This document shows, piece by piece, positions 12,242 through 23,370 of a stretch of DNA of 64,000 nt. The notes under the pieces are model-generated. The model did not search any database. It saw only the letters and a program-made list of their open reading frames with translations, and was not told the origin of the DNA. Source of the stretch: Tubulanus polymorphus (lineage: Eukaryota > Animalia > Nemertea); contig NC_134034.1 in NCBI RefSeq assembly GCF_964204645.1, positions 2,294,072-2,358,071 on the forward strand, in the 5' to 3' direction. Numbering within the stretch: position 1 is the stretch's first letter; each line of letters begins with the position of its first letter. The position numbers were made by a program, and so were the translations under genes.

Positions 12242-12855
12242 GGGAATGGAGAGTCTTATCTTATGTTAAACTAAAGCTAAAAAATAAAATATTCTTTTTC
12301 AAATCAGAAGAAAATATCAACTTTTTTACTTGTGGCTTGGCGCGGGATTCATTTCTAATGCGCGCGCATCTCTGGTTCTGTAGGATTTGATCAAATTGAA
12401 GAATATGTTTAGAAAACCTCCTATATATCAGGCCAGCAGTAGCGTGACGGATTTTATGGGCTGTCCGTAGTCGTCGAGATGCGGACCTATTCGACAGTTG
12501 CCAGTTAATGCTTTTAGGCAATGCATTGTAACGGCAAAGCCGGCCGAAATTGGAGTTCAAATTGGCAAATCTGGCGGTTAATCGCGGAACCCTTTGCGGA
12601 ATCGCGGAACCCCGTTTTCCACAGCGGTTCCGGTACCCCATTACAATTATTGCATTTTGGTTTTTTTTTTCTTACATTTACCGTAGATGTATCCAGATAT
12701 CTTTCTCTATCGCTAAACGACTGTATCGCGTTTCTCGAGAATCCACCCGATTACCGCACACGTGATTTACCCGGTACATGTATCGGAGTGGATCAGCACA
12801 TGACTGTGTATCTAGATACCTGTCTAGCCACCGAGAGGTAGGGGTATCTATCAGA

Positions 12856-13055
12856 GAGTATATCCAATACGCGTGTTGACATAACAGCAATCGAATCCCA
12901 CAATATAAAACGAAAAAGTCCGAAATCTGCTAATTTTGAATTTTTGTTAGGCACGACGTTTCGAATGGTCTGACACAGCCAACGTCAGGTGGAATGAGAA
13001 ACAAGGGATCTGCAAATTATTAAACTTTTACGCTTTATATTGTGGAATTCTGATG
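12856..13055. mobile_element. ~200-bp Penelope-like (PLE) mini-insertion with inverted ends and degenerate hammerhead
   Basis: GAATCCCACAATATAAA (12893-12909) is inverted at 13034-13050 (1 mismatch). 9-bp TSD TCTATCAGA at 12847-12855 and 13056-13064. Shares the terminal TTTCGGACTTTTT...ATTGTGGGATTC with the 13.6-14.6 kb PLE. Confidence 0.7.
12952..12991 (-). ncRNA. Degenerate type I hammerhead ribozyme motif
   Basis: Minus strand reads CAC-CTGACG(T)-TGGCTGTGTCAGACCATTC-GAAAC-GTC-GTG. Stem I is CAC/GTG and the core CUGANGA has an A->U change. Confidence 0.5.
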
Positions 13056-13088
13056 TCTATCAGAATGGTAAGGAAGCAGTAGCAGCAC

Positions 13089-13182
13089 AGCAGCAGCAGC
13101 AGCGGCAGCGGCAGCGGCAGCGGCAGCGGCAGCGGCAGCGGCAGCGGCAGCGGCAGCGGCAGCGGCAGCAGCAGCAGCAGCA
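13089..13182 (+). repeat. (CAG)n/(CAGCGG)n microsatellite
   Basis: Read directly from the sequence. Confidence 0.95.
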
Positions 13183-13680
13183 ACATCTATGGGAATTAGA
13201 TCATGAAACACTGATGAATTTGTGTTAACCGCGTAAACAATGCTTGCGTATTAGAACGTGAGGATGATATGAACAGTTGCTGATGTGGGGCGGGAGAGGA
13301 ACCTAAGGAGCTCACGGGGAACCGAAATAGCTCTCAAGTCCGTCAGGCACAAGAAGTATCCGCGTGGAAGTCAAAAGGTTTCTGAGTGGGCAGGTATCCG
13401 GGAGGAATCTAACAGGAATCTAAGAGGGCTCAAGAGGTATCCGTGAGGAATCTGAAAGGGCTCAAGCGGTACCCTTAGGGAATCTGACGGGAGCTCTGAA
13501 AGGGCTCAAGCTGTATACCTAAGACGTTGCTAGAGGTGTCGATGAGGAATCCGATAGGGATCCGAAAGAATCATGAGGAATCTGACATGGATCTAGTATC
13601 CGAAAGAGCTCAATAGGTCACGATAGGTAAAACACAATATCCGTGTTGACGCGATGAGGAGAGAATCCCACAATGATAAT

Positions 13681-14190
13681 AGAACTCCTACGTTGGCTAC
13701 CGATAAACAGCCTATCATTGTACCGTATGTACCTTTCCTCGAGAATTCTAAAGTTTCTCTTCGGTCACTAAATAAACAACTCATCTTTAAATACAATAAT
13801 AAACTTAGTAACATATTGTTTAACAACAAACCGAAAACCGAATCCCTAAACTGTGGAATTTATAAAATACCTTGTAAAGTTTGCGACAAAGTATATATAG
13901 GAGAAACAGGTCGGAATCTTAATCAACGCATAAAAGAGCATAAATTAGATGTAAAAAACTTTAAACCTGAAAGCGGAGTTGCTAGTCATGTTTTTCAGAC
14001 TTCACACAATTTTGATTTTGCTAATGCTGAATTAGTTTACCCTTGCAGCGATAAAACTAGAAGACATATTTTGGAATCTGCATTAATTATTGAAAATTCG
14101 AACAACGTTGTAAACCTTAACAATGGTTTTTCCCCCCATAATAAACTTATATCAAAATTCCTCTGTAAACTGGTTAAACTCAACACTTGA
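13681..14190 (+). pseudogene. C-terminal fragment of PLE pol: thumb/linker + GIY-YIG endonuclease (no RT core)
   Basis: IVPYV...CGIYKIPCKVCDKVYIGETGRNLNQRIKEH...VASHV...H.FDF...R.ILESALI...LN is the PLE GIY-YIG/CCHH signature. The ORF-track ATG at 13654 lies in the inverted tail and is not a true start. Confidence 0.88.
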
Positions 14191-14499
14191 TTTCCCCTTT
14201 GATTATTTGTTATTTGTTCTCTCATCAATTTCGTCTCTGACTTAACTTGTATTCACCTTTGTTTTAATTTAAGTGCCCCTTAGTTTGTCTTTCTTTTTAC
14301 TACTGACTTTAAGTTTCATTTATATTTATACTCACTATTGTTGTTTATAATCACCCCTTAGTTTGCTTCCCTTTAATCTATTTTAGCGTGTAACTGTTTC
14401 TACGTTAATTTTCCTTTAGTTTGTATCATCTCTGATTACTTGAATTAGTCTCTTTGTCCCTGGATTGTATATATATCTCATAATTTCTGTAGTATCTCA

Positions 14500-14545
14500 T
14501 TATTCCTGAAGATTACTATTAGGATATAGTCGAAACGTTGAATAA
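14500..14545 (+). ncRNA. Minimal type I hammerhead ribozyme of PLE pLTR
   Basis: TTATTC-CTGAAGA-T-TACTAT.TAGGAT.ATAGTC-GAAAC-GTT-GAATAA. Stem I TTATTC/GAATAA, stem II ACTAT/ATAGT, palindromic AACGTT stem III. Confidence 0.75.
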
Positions 14546-15219
14546 ACTACTATCTCGAAGTTTCATTTTCGGACTTTTTATTATCATTGTGGGATTCTCT
14601 CCTCAGCTCAATAGGTATCCGTGAGAAATCCGAGAATGATCCGAAATAAATCCGAAAAAGAATCCGAGAGCGATGATAAATTTCGGCAGGATCGAGATCA
14701 TTATCATTCGTCGGAATCGAATGTCGGATTTGCGAGGAATATCAGAAGCATAGGTTTGAAAAGAACCAGAGCATCGACTCCTCTGGGGTATCCCCAAAGA
14801 GGATTCCAGGCAATATCTAATTGAGCGATATTCTGAAGGGTTATTAGAGAGATCCGATAGCTGCCGGGGATAATCTAGTAGAGATTTATTCCGATACATC
14901 TTACACGTCACGCGCTTGTAACGAACTATTCCGTGTGACAGCATCAGAATGATGAGAGCGCGAAAGTAAACAAAACTAAACTGCGAATGCGCGTGTCGAT
15001 TGTTCGAGTCACGAATCAGTTGATGAAATAAGCAACGAACAGGCAGCAGCTGGGAGGTTGATGAGGTTATCAGGAGGTAGAGAACGGAGGTTGTAGCGAC
15101 GGTCATAGAGATGCTGGTAAATGGAGCGGGTAGCGCGTGAATTAAGATGGACACAAGGTTCTCTAGACGAAAAGGGGGTGATTATGACAAGGAGGTTGTT
15201 TTCCCGATGACGATGAGAT

Positions 15220-15910
15220 GGTCCAGATGACAGGGAGGTGGTCACGATGACTAAGAGGTGGTCCAGATGACTAAGAGGTGATCCAGATAACTAAGAGGTG
15301 GTCCAGATGACTAAGAGGTGGTCCAGATGACTAAGAGGTGATCCAGATAACTAAGAGGTGGTCCAGATAACTAGGAAGTGGTCCAGATAACTAAGAGGTG
15401 GTCCAGATGACAAAAAGGTGGCCCAGATGACTAAGTGGTGGTCCAGATGACTAAATGGTGGTCCAGATGACAAAGAGGAGGCCCAGATGACTGGGAGGTG
15501 GTCCAGATGACTAAGAGGTGATCCAGATAACTAAGAGGTGGTCCAGATGACAAAGAGGTTGCCCAGATGACTAGGAGGTGGTCCAGATAACTAAGAGGTG
15601 GTCCAGATGACAAAAAGGTGGCCCAGATGACTAAGTGGTGGTCCAGATGACTAAATGGTGGTCCAGATGACAAAGAGGAGGCCCAGATGACTGGGAGGTG
15701 GTCCAGATGATAAGATGTGATCCAGATAACTAAGAGGTGGCCCAGATGACTAGGAGGTGGTCCAGATAACTAAGAGGTGGTCCAGATGACAAAAAGGTGG
15801 CCCAGATGACTAAGTGGTGGTCCAGATGGCTAAATGGTGGTCCAGATGACAAAGAGGAGGCCCAGATGACTGGGAGGTGGTCCAGATGATAAGATGTGGT
15901 CTAGATGATC
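15220..15910 (+). repeat. 20-bp minisatellite (~34 copies)
   Basis: Unit GGTGGTCCAGATGACTAAGA, with higher-order variants. Confidence 0.95.
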
Positions 15911-17764
15911 GAGAGGGGCCCAGGTGACTATGACAGGTAGGTTGTCAGATGAAATTGAAGTTGTCCAGATGATCGGAATGCGGCCTATACGACAATGAAT
16001 CGGGCAGGAATGGCCCAGATGAGGCGGAAAAGTCAATCAGACGATAGGGAGTTTGTCCCGATGACAAGGAGGTTGTCCAGATAACATGGAGGTACATGTA
16101 TTCCAGGGAGGTTGTTCCAACGGCTGGAAGGTAATTTCCCACCTCTGCGACTCAATATTTTTCCATTTCTATCGCTATCTCGAGGCGCGTATAGTTATTA
16201 ACCCCGTCGCTATAATGGAAGGTCGCACGCAATTGAACTGTAACCCAACCACACATGGTTGTTAATTTGTCACGGAATAAGCTGTAAGAGCGCAGACGCA
16301 TAATAGACCGCGCTAAGACAATCAACGAGCTATTTCTGTACTATTGTTCCCCGAATCGTCCGACTAATGACGTACGCACACATATATATATATATCTATC
16401 AGAGATCCGTTTCAAAGGGTTCGCGAGTATTTTACTAATGGACGTTATGTGATTGATTTGCCAGCGCAATTTTAACTTGAAACCTGAGCTAGTTTTATGG
16501 ACCATGGTTTTGAAAGTTTTTAACGCCAGCCCCTGGCGTATGGGATGAAAATAAACTCGGTCTGGAGAAATCCACCATTAAAGTACACGATTTAGTTGTA
16601 GCTATGTTTATGGCATTCATGACGTCAGAATGATGAACGGTATCTCTGCAGCAGCTGCTGCTGCTGCTGTTGCGGTGATATTTTCATCCAACGGCAACAA
16701 TTATCGCGTAAAATTAATCATCCGTATTAATAATAATCGCTGCAGCAGTCGCGGCCAATACAGACAGCACGACTCATTAGCTTCCGGCGGATGTACGGTG
16801 ACGTCACACAGATGACTACCGCGCGTATAAATTGTTTAATGAACTGAAAAAGGAAGCAATTAGACGAGTGGATAGATACACCCGGTGGATAGATAAACCC
16901 CTGGGTGGATGGATAACATCCCCTAGGTGGATTCTCACTTGCCGAATCATCGATTGCAGTAGTAGCGTTGCCGGGTTTTCTTCGAAATGGAGAAGATGTT
17001 GAAGCGTGGAAGACAGGCCTACCAGCTCACTTGATGGATCCTCGCTCGCAACAGGTGGAAACCTCTGTTGCCGCAAAAGCTTATGTCCTACTGCACACTA
17101 GCGACACCTGGTGTATCTTCACTTGCCAAAAGTGGAATCCTCTATTGCCAAAGCAGTTGATGTCCTGCTGCACACTAGTTACACGTGGTATAACCTCACA
17201 TGCCACAAGCGGAATCCTCTATTGCTGCTGCAGTAGTTGATGTACACTGGAACTTCGTTTACGACCGGTGGAATCCTCCTTAAGAAAACTGCTGGATCCA
17301 AGGAGAAATGAGCCTGGTGGAGCCGTCGTACTATTCAAATTGAAGTATCAAGGATCGGCTATAATTGATTTATCAATAATTAGTAGGCCTACTTAGAGAA
17401 CCTTGAACACCCTCGATTGCCACAGTTAGCGTCGCCAGGTCCAGCGTACAAACACTTGATTCTGGTTGCGCAATTCCACTAGTATCGAATTTTCGATATT
17501 GTTTTGAATTCACAGCGATGCGCCGCCTTCGCCTAGCTGAATATTCCGCCTCACGAACATAGGTAACTGAAACTGTAAACATACGCGCGGTCGATATTTT
17601 CACCTGCGAGTGAATTCGAAGCCGCTGTTTCCTTAAAACGTGACCCGAATCCGCGAGAAGCATTCAGACCGCGTCGTCTGCGTAACAATGACGTCATGAT
17701 ATCGATTTATTCTGCCGAGTATCGATTCTTTATTCTTTCTCGGTGGAAAGTTTGTGAATCTGAC

Positions 17765-18115
17765 CCTGAACCCCCAGTTCCACAGTTGTGTGGGTTTAAT
17801 CTGTCTCTGAACCCAGTTCCACAGTTGTGTGGGTTTAATCTGACTCTGAACCTAGTTCCACAGTTGTGTGGGTTTAATCTGTCTCTGAACCCAGTTCCAC
17901 AGTTGTGTGGGTTTAATCTGTCTCTGAACCCAGTTCCACAGTTGTGTGGGTTTAATCTGACTCTGAGCCCAGTTCCACAGTTGTGTTGGTTTATGACTGA
18001 ATCCAGTTCCACAGTTGTGTAAGTTAAATCTGACTCTGAGCCCAGTTCCGCAGTTGCGTAGTTTAAATCTGACTGTGAACCCAGTTCCACAGTGTGGGTT
18101 TAATCTGTCTCTGGA
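17765..18115 (+). repeat. 39-bp minisatellite derived from a MITE terminal arm
   Basis: Unit CCAGTTCCACAGTTGTGTGGGTTTAATCTGTCTCTGAAC, ~9 copies. An inverted array lies at 42630-42990. Confidence 0.92.
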
Positions 18116-19129
18116 CCGGGTTCTGTAGATCGCATGTAAACTCAAGCCACTTACAGCTATTAAAAGAAACTCAGCTCTTTTTCCATTCATGCGTTAAAAA
18201 GAGAACTTCTCTGAAAGTTTGTTGTATCTCGCTCGCTGTTTGAGAGAGGGGGAACGTTACAACTGTTGTCTGCTATTTAAAACATGTTTGATGTCTGATA
18301 TCACGTGATCCCTGTAATAGGCTATTCGCTAATCATTATATACACAGGGTTTTAGTGTTGAGGTTCTCAGATGAGTTTGAATGACAAAGCGAAAGTAACT
18401 CTGACCGCAAATGAATAAAAACATCACGAATGTGAAGGTCAGTAAAATAACAGTAAAATCCCTCTTGTGGCCCAGCAAACTATTGCAGGGGTCTCAAGAG
18501 CTAAGGTTTCTACCAGAGGTAGCTAGCAGTTAACGTTACTGCAGGTAACTGGACTCGAAGCGTAGCCACGACCAAACCTTCCCCGTTGGAATTTTTAAAT
18601 CCTGGTAATATTGTTTACCGAATTCAAACACGGTTGACAAAAGTGCAAAATCGTTAGAACATGTTCGGGTGGGGGGGGGGGGGACCACCGCTAGCCGGAA
18701 TTCAGTTTTTCTCCGAATCGGCTTGAGAACAGGTTTGTTGGGTAAAGTGCGCGGGTGTAACACCCGGATTTTCACGTGATTTCTGCCATCCCCGTTTAAT
18801 CGACTTGTCGTGTCGAATGCCATTATCAGCAGACGTCGGCGAATTTGAATTTTCCGATATTTTACGCCGAATCAGTTCCGACTAATATCGATTCGAGGGG
18901 GTTGAAGGATTGACTCCGGCGGCCAATGTAGGATCACTCAAAATCCTCTCAAACGGTTCTTGTCATATTTTACCCGTCTGTATCGGGAATTACGAGTAGG
19001 ACTTATTGGGCTAATTGTTAATTCTGTATGACTGCGTCAAATGCCCCTCAAAGTAAGACTCGGTAGCATTAATAGATTTAAGACGGATCTGTCTCGGTTA
19101 GATCATTAATTAATTAACGGTTTGCGCTA

Positions 19130-19455
19130 CTGTGCTAATAGAGGATTCCAAGTGTGCTAGTGAGGATCCACCAGGTGTCACTAGTGTGCAATGGGACATC
19201 CACTCCTGCGGCAATAGAGGATTCCACTGTGCTAGTGAGGATCAGCCAGGTGTCGCTAGTGTGCAGTGGGACATCGACTACTGCGGCGATGAAGGATTCC
19301 ACTTGTGCTAGCGAGATCCACCAGGGATCGCTAGTGCGCAGCTAGTGCGGCAATAGAGGATTTCACTTATGCTAGTGAGGATCCACCAGGTGTCGCTAGT
19401 GTGCAGTAGGACATCAACCACTGTGTCGATAGACTATTCCACCTGTGGCAAGAAA
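19130..19455 (-). repeat. 77-bp tandem repeat family array
   Basis: Repeated GGATCCACCAGGTGTCGCTAGTGTGCAGT... Confidence 0.85.
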
Positions 19456-19776
19456 GCATCCCCCACTCAACAACGGACTTTTTAAAGGATTAAATTCAAC
19501 ATTTTTTGTTTTTTGTAAGGAGTTCTGGTGTCCATGCACCCTCATTTGCATACCAGAAAATCTACGTAATGGCCCTAATCAGCCACCATAGAATAATGAG
19601 TAAAATTCAATTACAATTTTTAGAAACTTAACATGCTGCGCCATCTGGTGATAAATCTCACTGGACGCCGCAGTGTCGATATTACATTCTTAATAAAAAC
19701 ATTTATTGCGACCGCGGAATTGAAACGACATTCTTACCATCGTGAGCTCCGAAGTGATATAGCTAATCAGCTAGTC

Positions 19777-19823
<47 letters not shown>

Positions 19824-20641
19824 GACAGAGCAGGGTGACGTGACATGTCAGCTCTAGTTCACCGTGCAAACACACGGCTCGACTCTCCGTCGGGGTGACA
19901 CTTTTTTGTTGGAGAATTACGGATTAACCGCGCAGATTTCCTGCCGACTAACGACGTAAAAAGATGATGCAATTTCCGCGGTGGAAAATTTGCAGGATCC
20001 AATCTTGTCACTTGTTGACGGCTCTCGGGTTCGTCTGTTTGATTTAAAAAAATCATCTCCGTACCGTTGCGATGTCGAGTTAACGACGCTAATGGGGGTT
20101 TCGTATCGCGACAGAGTCTTGTTATATGTTCCGAATCCCAAATCCTTAATAAATTAGGATCGGTTTACTTTAGGCCAGGAAAGTCTGACGATGCCATCAG
20201 GTTCGAATCCCTGAACGTAGCAGAGTCTGAATTTAGACTTGAAAACGTGTTTTCCATTTTTTTGATATAATGCTTATCCATCTGCAGAGATTTGTTTCGA
20301 ACGCTTTCTCCGTGGAGTTTTATGTCCCTATCTCTAAGATGTGATCACGTTTGAATCCCTGTAAGGTGGGCGGGTATGTTTCAAATAGGGTTTCGTGCCG
20401 TGGTATCATCAGGTTCGAACCCCTGCTGAAGGAGGAGCGTATAGCAGTGTATTTAGAAGTGCTCGGATAAAATCAGAACAGATTTGAATTCCTCTCTCGA
20501 GGGTCGATGTGCAAAACCCTGCCCCAAGTACGTTTTTTGACCTGAAGGCTTACCAGGGGCAGGGTTTTCGCACCAAGTCTTGCGATGCCAATACATACCT
20601 GCAGGGTAGGGGTTTGTATGAACTGTGTGTCACAATCTCCA

Positions 20642-20944
20642 GGGGCCAGTTGCACAGCCATGGGTTGGACTTAAGACCAGTCTAAAACAAACTTAGTTCT
20701 ATAGCCAATCTAACAACTTCAGTCTTACGATTCAATAAGATCAACAAGATCAGTCTTAAGATTTGAGACCATCTTTGGACTTAAGAAGTCACAACTGAGC
20801 AACTGCGGCCGGTTCCCTAGTCAAGACTTCAGACCAAAAGTGGTCTTAAACCTTAAGACTGGTCTTAAGTTGTTAGATCGGCTTTATAACTAAGTTTGTC
20901 TTAGACCGGTCTTTAGTCTAAGCCCAGTCTATAGAACCGGCCCC
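20642..20944. mobile_element. Two abutting Harbinger-like MITEs (CTTAAGACCAGTCTTAAG family)
   Basis: GGGCCAGTTGCACAG termini. Other copies at ~7241-7345, 31790-31915, 35655-35940, 36070-36170 and 40541-40650. Confidence 0.7.
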
Positions 20945-22249
20945 TGGTCACATAGGGATGAACAGAGTTCAAATCCCTGCCCAGAGCGGTAGCTCAATTA
21001 TTATAATATACGTATATGCACGCGCGTAGGCCTCTGATGCTGTATACCAACTGCTGTATTTTTAATATATATACCTGGAAATATCTAAAGGTAGAAAGTG
21101 AATACGGACGGAGAGCAATTTTAATGTCACTACACGCATCGATTATATATGTATATACATGTCTCTGACTCCCACGTTGTTGTACTTTCACTAATATCCG
21201 AAACGTTATATAACGACGCAGTATAACTCGAATAGGAGGGCAACAAGACTAACCGAAAAACAGGCATAGATGTTTACTAGTTTGCACCCTAAACTTCCCC
21301 CACCCCACTACCCCAAAACGATGTATTTCGCGGCGATAAAAAAACAATCAACGCCCCAGATCTACTCCCTTCCCCAGCCTAACACTCCCTCTCGATCGGA
21401 TAGCTGGGCAGTGCGAGTCGCAGGACAGGTTGAGATATCGTGGACAGAGCCTCCATAAAATACCCTCTCCTCATCCGTATACACATACTAAAGAGGGACC
21501 CGTACCAGTTTTTCCCTCAATAATTCCCCTTTCATTTTTACATCCACCCGTCTGAAAATCAGCCATCCCTTCTAAGAATATATACTGCCCCTACCAGAAA
21601 TAGAAGATTGCACCAAAATTAGGCTAAGGTTTATATAATATTTATAATATATCTTTGGGGGGGGGGGGGGAGGGCATTGAAAGCCTCACTACTTCGGTAG
21701 CTACGATGAATGCAGCCCCTTTAAAATACCAGCATATGTTGAACACTGCGCCTACTCCCTCCCAAAGAATCAATAACAAGAGTTAAAAGAAAATATGGAG
21801 TCTCTCCCTTACCCCTCACTTAAACTGGGTATCAACACGAAGTGGTTACGAGGCGCGCTATATTACATTCAGTTTAATCGCAATCCCTTAAGACGTCTAT
21901 TCCCCCACCCCTCATAATCCCCTCCCCCCCCCCCCGACAGTAAGTCTGGATTCGTGACATATGCCGTATATCTCACAGCCGGGTTTCGACATCTCGCCGG
22001 CTCCGTCGCCGAATAGCCATCAAAAAGTCTGCAGGCCGAGAGCGAAAGAGAGAAAGTGACACTGCGTAACAGAGCACGATTCGACGAACCGCGCTTAATA
22101 ATAATATCATCCTCCGCATCGACGAACATGAAAAACAACCAGACATAAATATACAGAATCCCAAACAACCTCTTGAATGTAAAGCAGCCGCGGCAGCTCT
22201 GACATATCTATCCATCCGTACGCGTCGCTCTAATGGATGTCTAGTATGG

Positions 22250-22580
22250 CTGACACCATAAATCCCCCTATGACATCACATTCGAATCGATCTATAATAT
22301 ATAGACTCATTCAGCGAGTGCCACTGTGAATCCCCCTACGACATCATCGAAATTGCCTAATACTAATGATCTGACCAGCAAACATTTCCAGAAAAGATGT
22401 CTGCCACCATAAATCCCGCTACGACATCATCAAATTACCCACTAGCGACGTGGTCCGTAGGCACTTCCGCATGCAAAAAAGACGGCCATCATAAATTTCC
22501 AAAGTAAGACGTCATCAAATTGATACACAGACACTTTTAGAAAAAGATGCCCCCCTACTTATTCCCCTATGACATCATTG
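22250..22580 (+). repeat. Degenerate tandem/dispersed repeat AAGATGGCTGCCACCATAAATCCCCCTATGACATCA
   Basis: ~5 units here. Also at 37440-37510, 47480-47820(-) and 58050-58225. Confidence 0.75.
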
Positions 22581-23029
22581 TATATTAGCACTACTGATTG
22601 GATTCTTCCATTGCCGATGTTTTCTGGTAATGGCTATATATCAAAATTAGCAGGAGACATTTTTTATGATGCCAGACGTGCCCCATTGTTTCATGGAGGG
22701 TTGTTGTTTATATCGTTTGCGTTTTAAAGTGGGGGTAATGCACCTCGAAAACCTCCGCAAATGATAGGTTATGTTTATCGGTGTTGGATGTTCAGAGTTG
22801 AGCTGATGATCTACTGCGTTTGACAGGAAAATTGCCGATGAATTGATTAATCCGTGAATATCGCGGTCTAACGGCGCGGTGATTGGTACAAATTATCCCT
22901 CCGCAGGAGAGAGAGACGGCAATGATGATCGAACTGCTTTCTTCAAAACAACAAACGTCTCGTAGAAATTTCATTCGATTCCGGTTAGAATTTGGAGGAA
23001 GCGTGCACGAATGATTATAACTGTTATGG

Positions 23030-23370
23030 ACAACTGGCGATGGATCCTCACTTGCACAAGCAGAATCCTCTATTGCCGCAGCAGTTGATATCCTACACAA
23101 CACTAGTGACACCTTGTGGATCCTCACTTGTCACAAGTGGAATCCTTTATTGCCACAGTATTTTATGTCCTACTGCACACTAGCGACACCTTGTGGATCC
23201 TCACTTGCCACAAGTGGAATCCTTTATTTCCGCTGTAGTTTATGTCCTACTGCAAACTAGCGACACCTGGTGGATCCTCACTTGCAACAAGTGGAATCCT
23301 CTCTCTCCACATTGGCTGATGTCTTACTGTACGCTAGTGACACCTGGTGGGTATAGCATTGCTTGCCACA
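23030..23370 (+). repeat. 77-bp tandem repeat family array
   Basis: Same unit as the 3755 array. Confidence 0.88.

Larger units (their letters stand above)
13619..14604 (+). mobile_element. 5'-truncated Penelope-like retroelement (GIY-YIG endonuclease region + 3' pLTR, inverted pLTR tail at 5' end)
   Basis: 26-bp perfect inverted repeat at 13655-13680 / 14580-14605. TSD AGCTCAATAGGT at 13607-13618 and 14605-14616. Contains a GIY-YIG ORF and a hammerhead followed by AATAAA. Confidence 0.88.

Noticed and set aside
15220-18190. CRISPR-like or coding appearance of the 20-bp and 39-bp arrays (ORFs 15431, 17696, 17707, 17852)
   Set aside because: Head-to-tail tandem repeats without unique spacers, no cas genes, eukaryotic context. 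The ORFs are translations of repeats.
20591-20610. ATACATACCTGCAGGG resembling the U1 snRNA 5' end
   Set aside because: Mismatch in the splice-site-pairing region, and no U1 stem-loops or Sm site follow.
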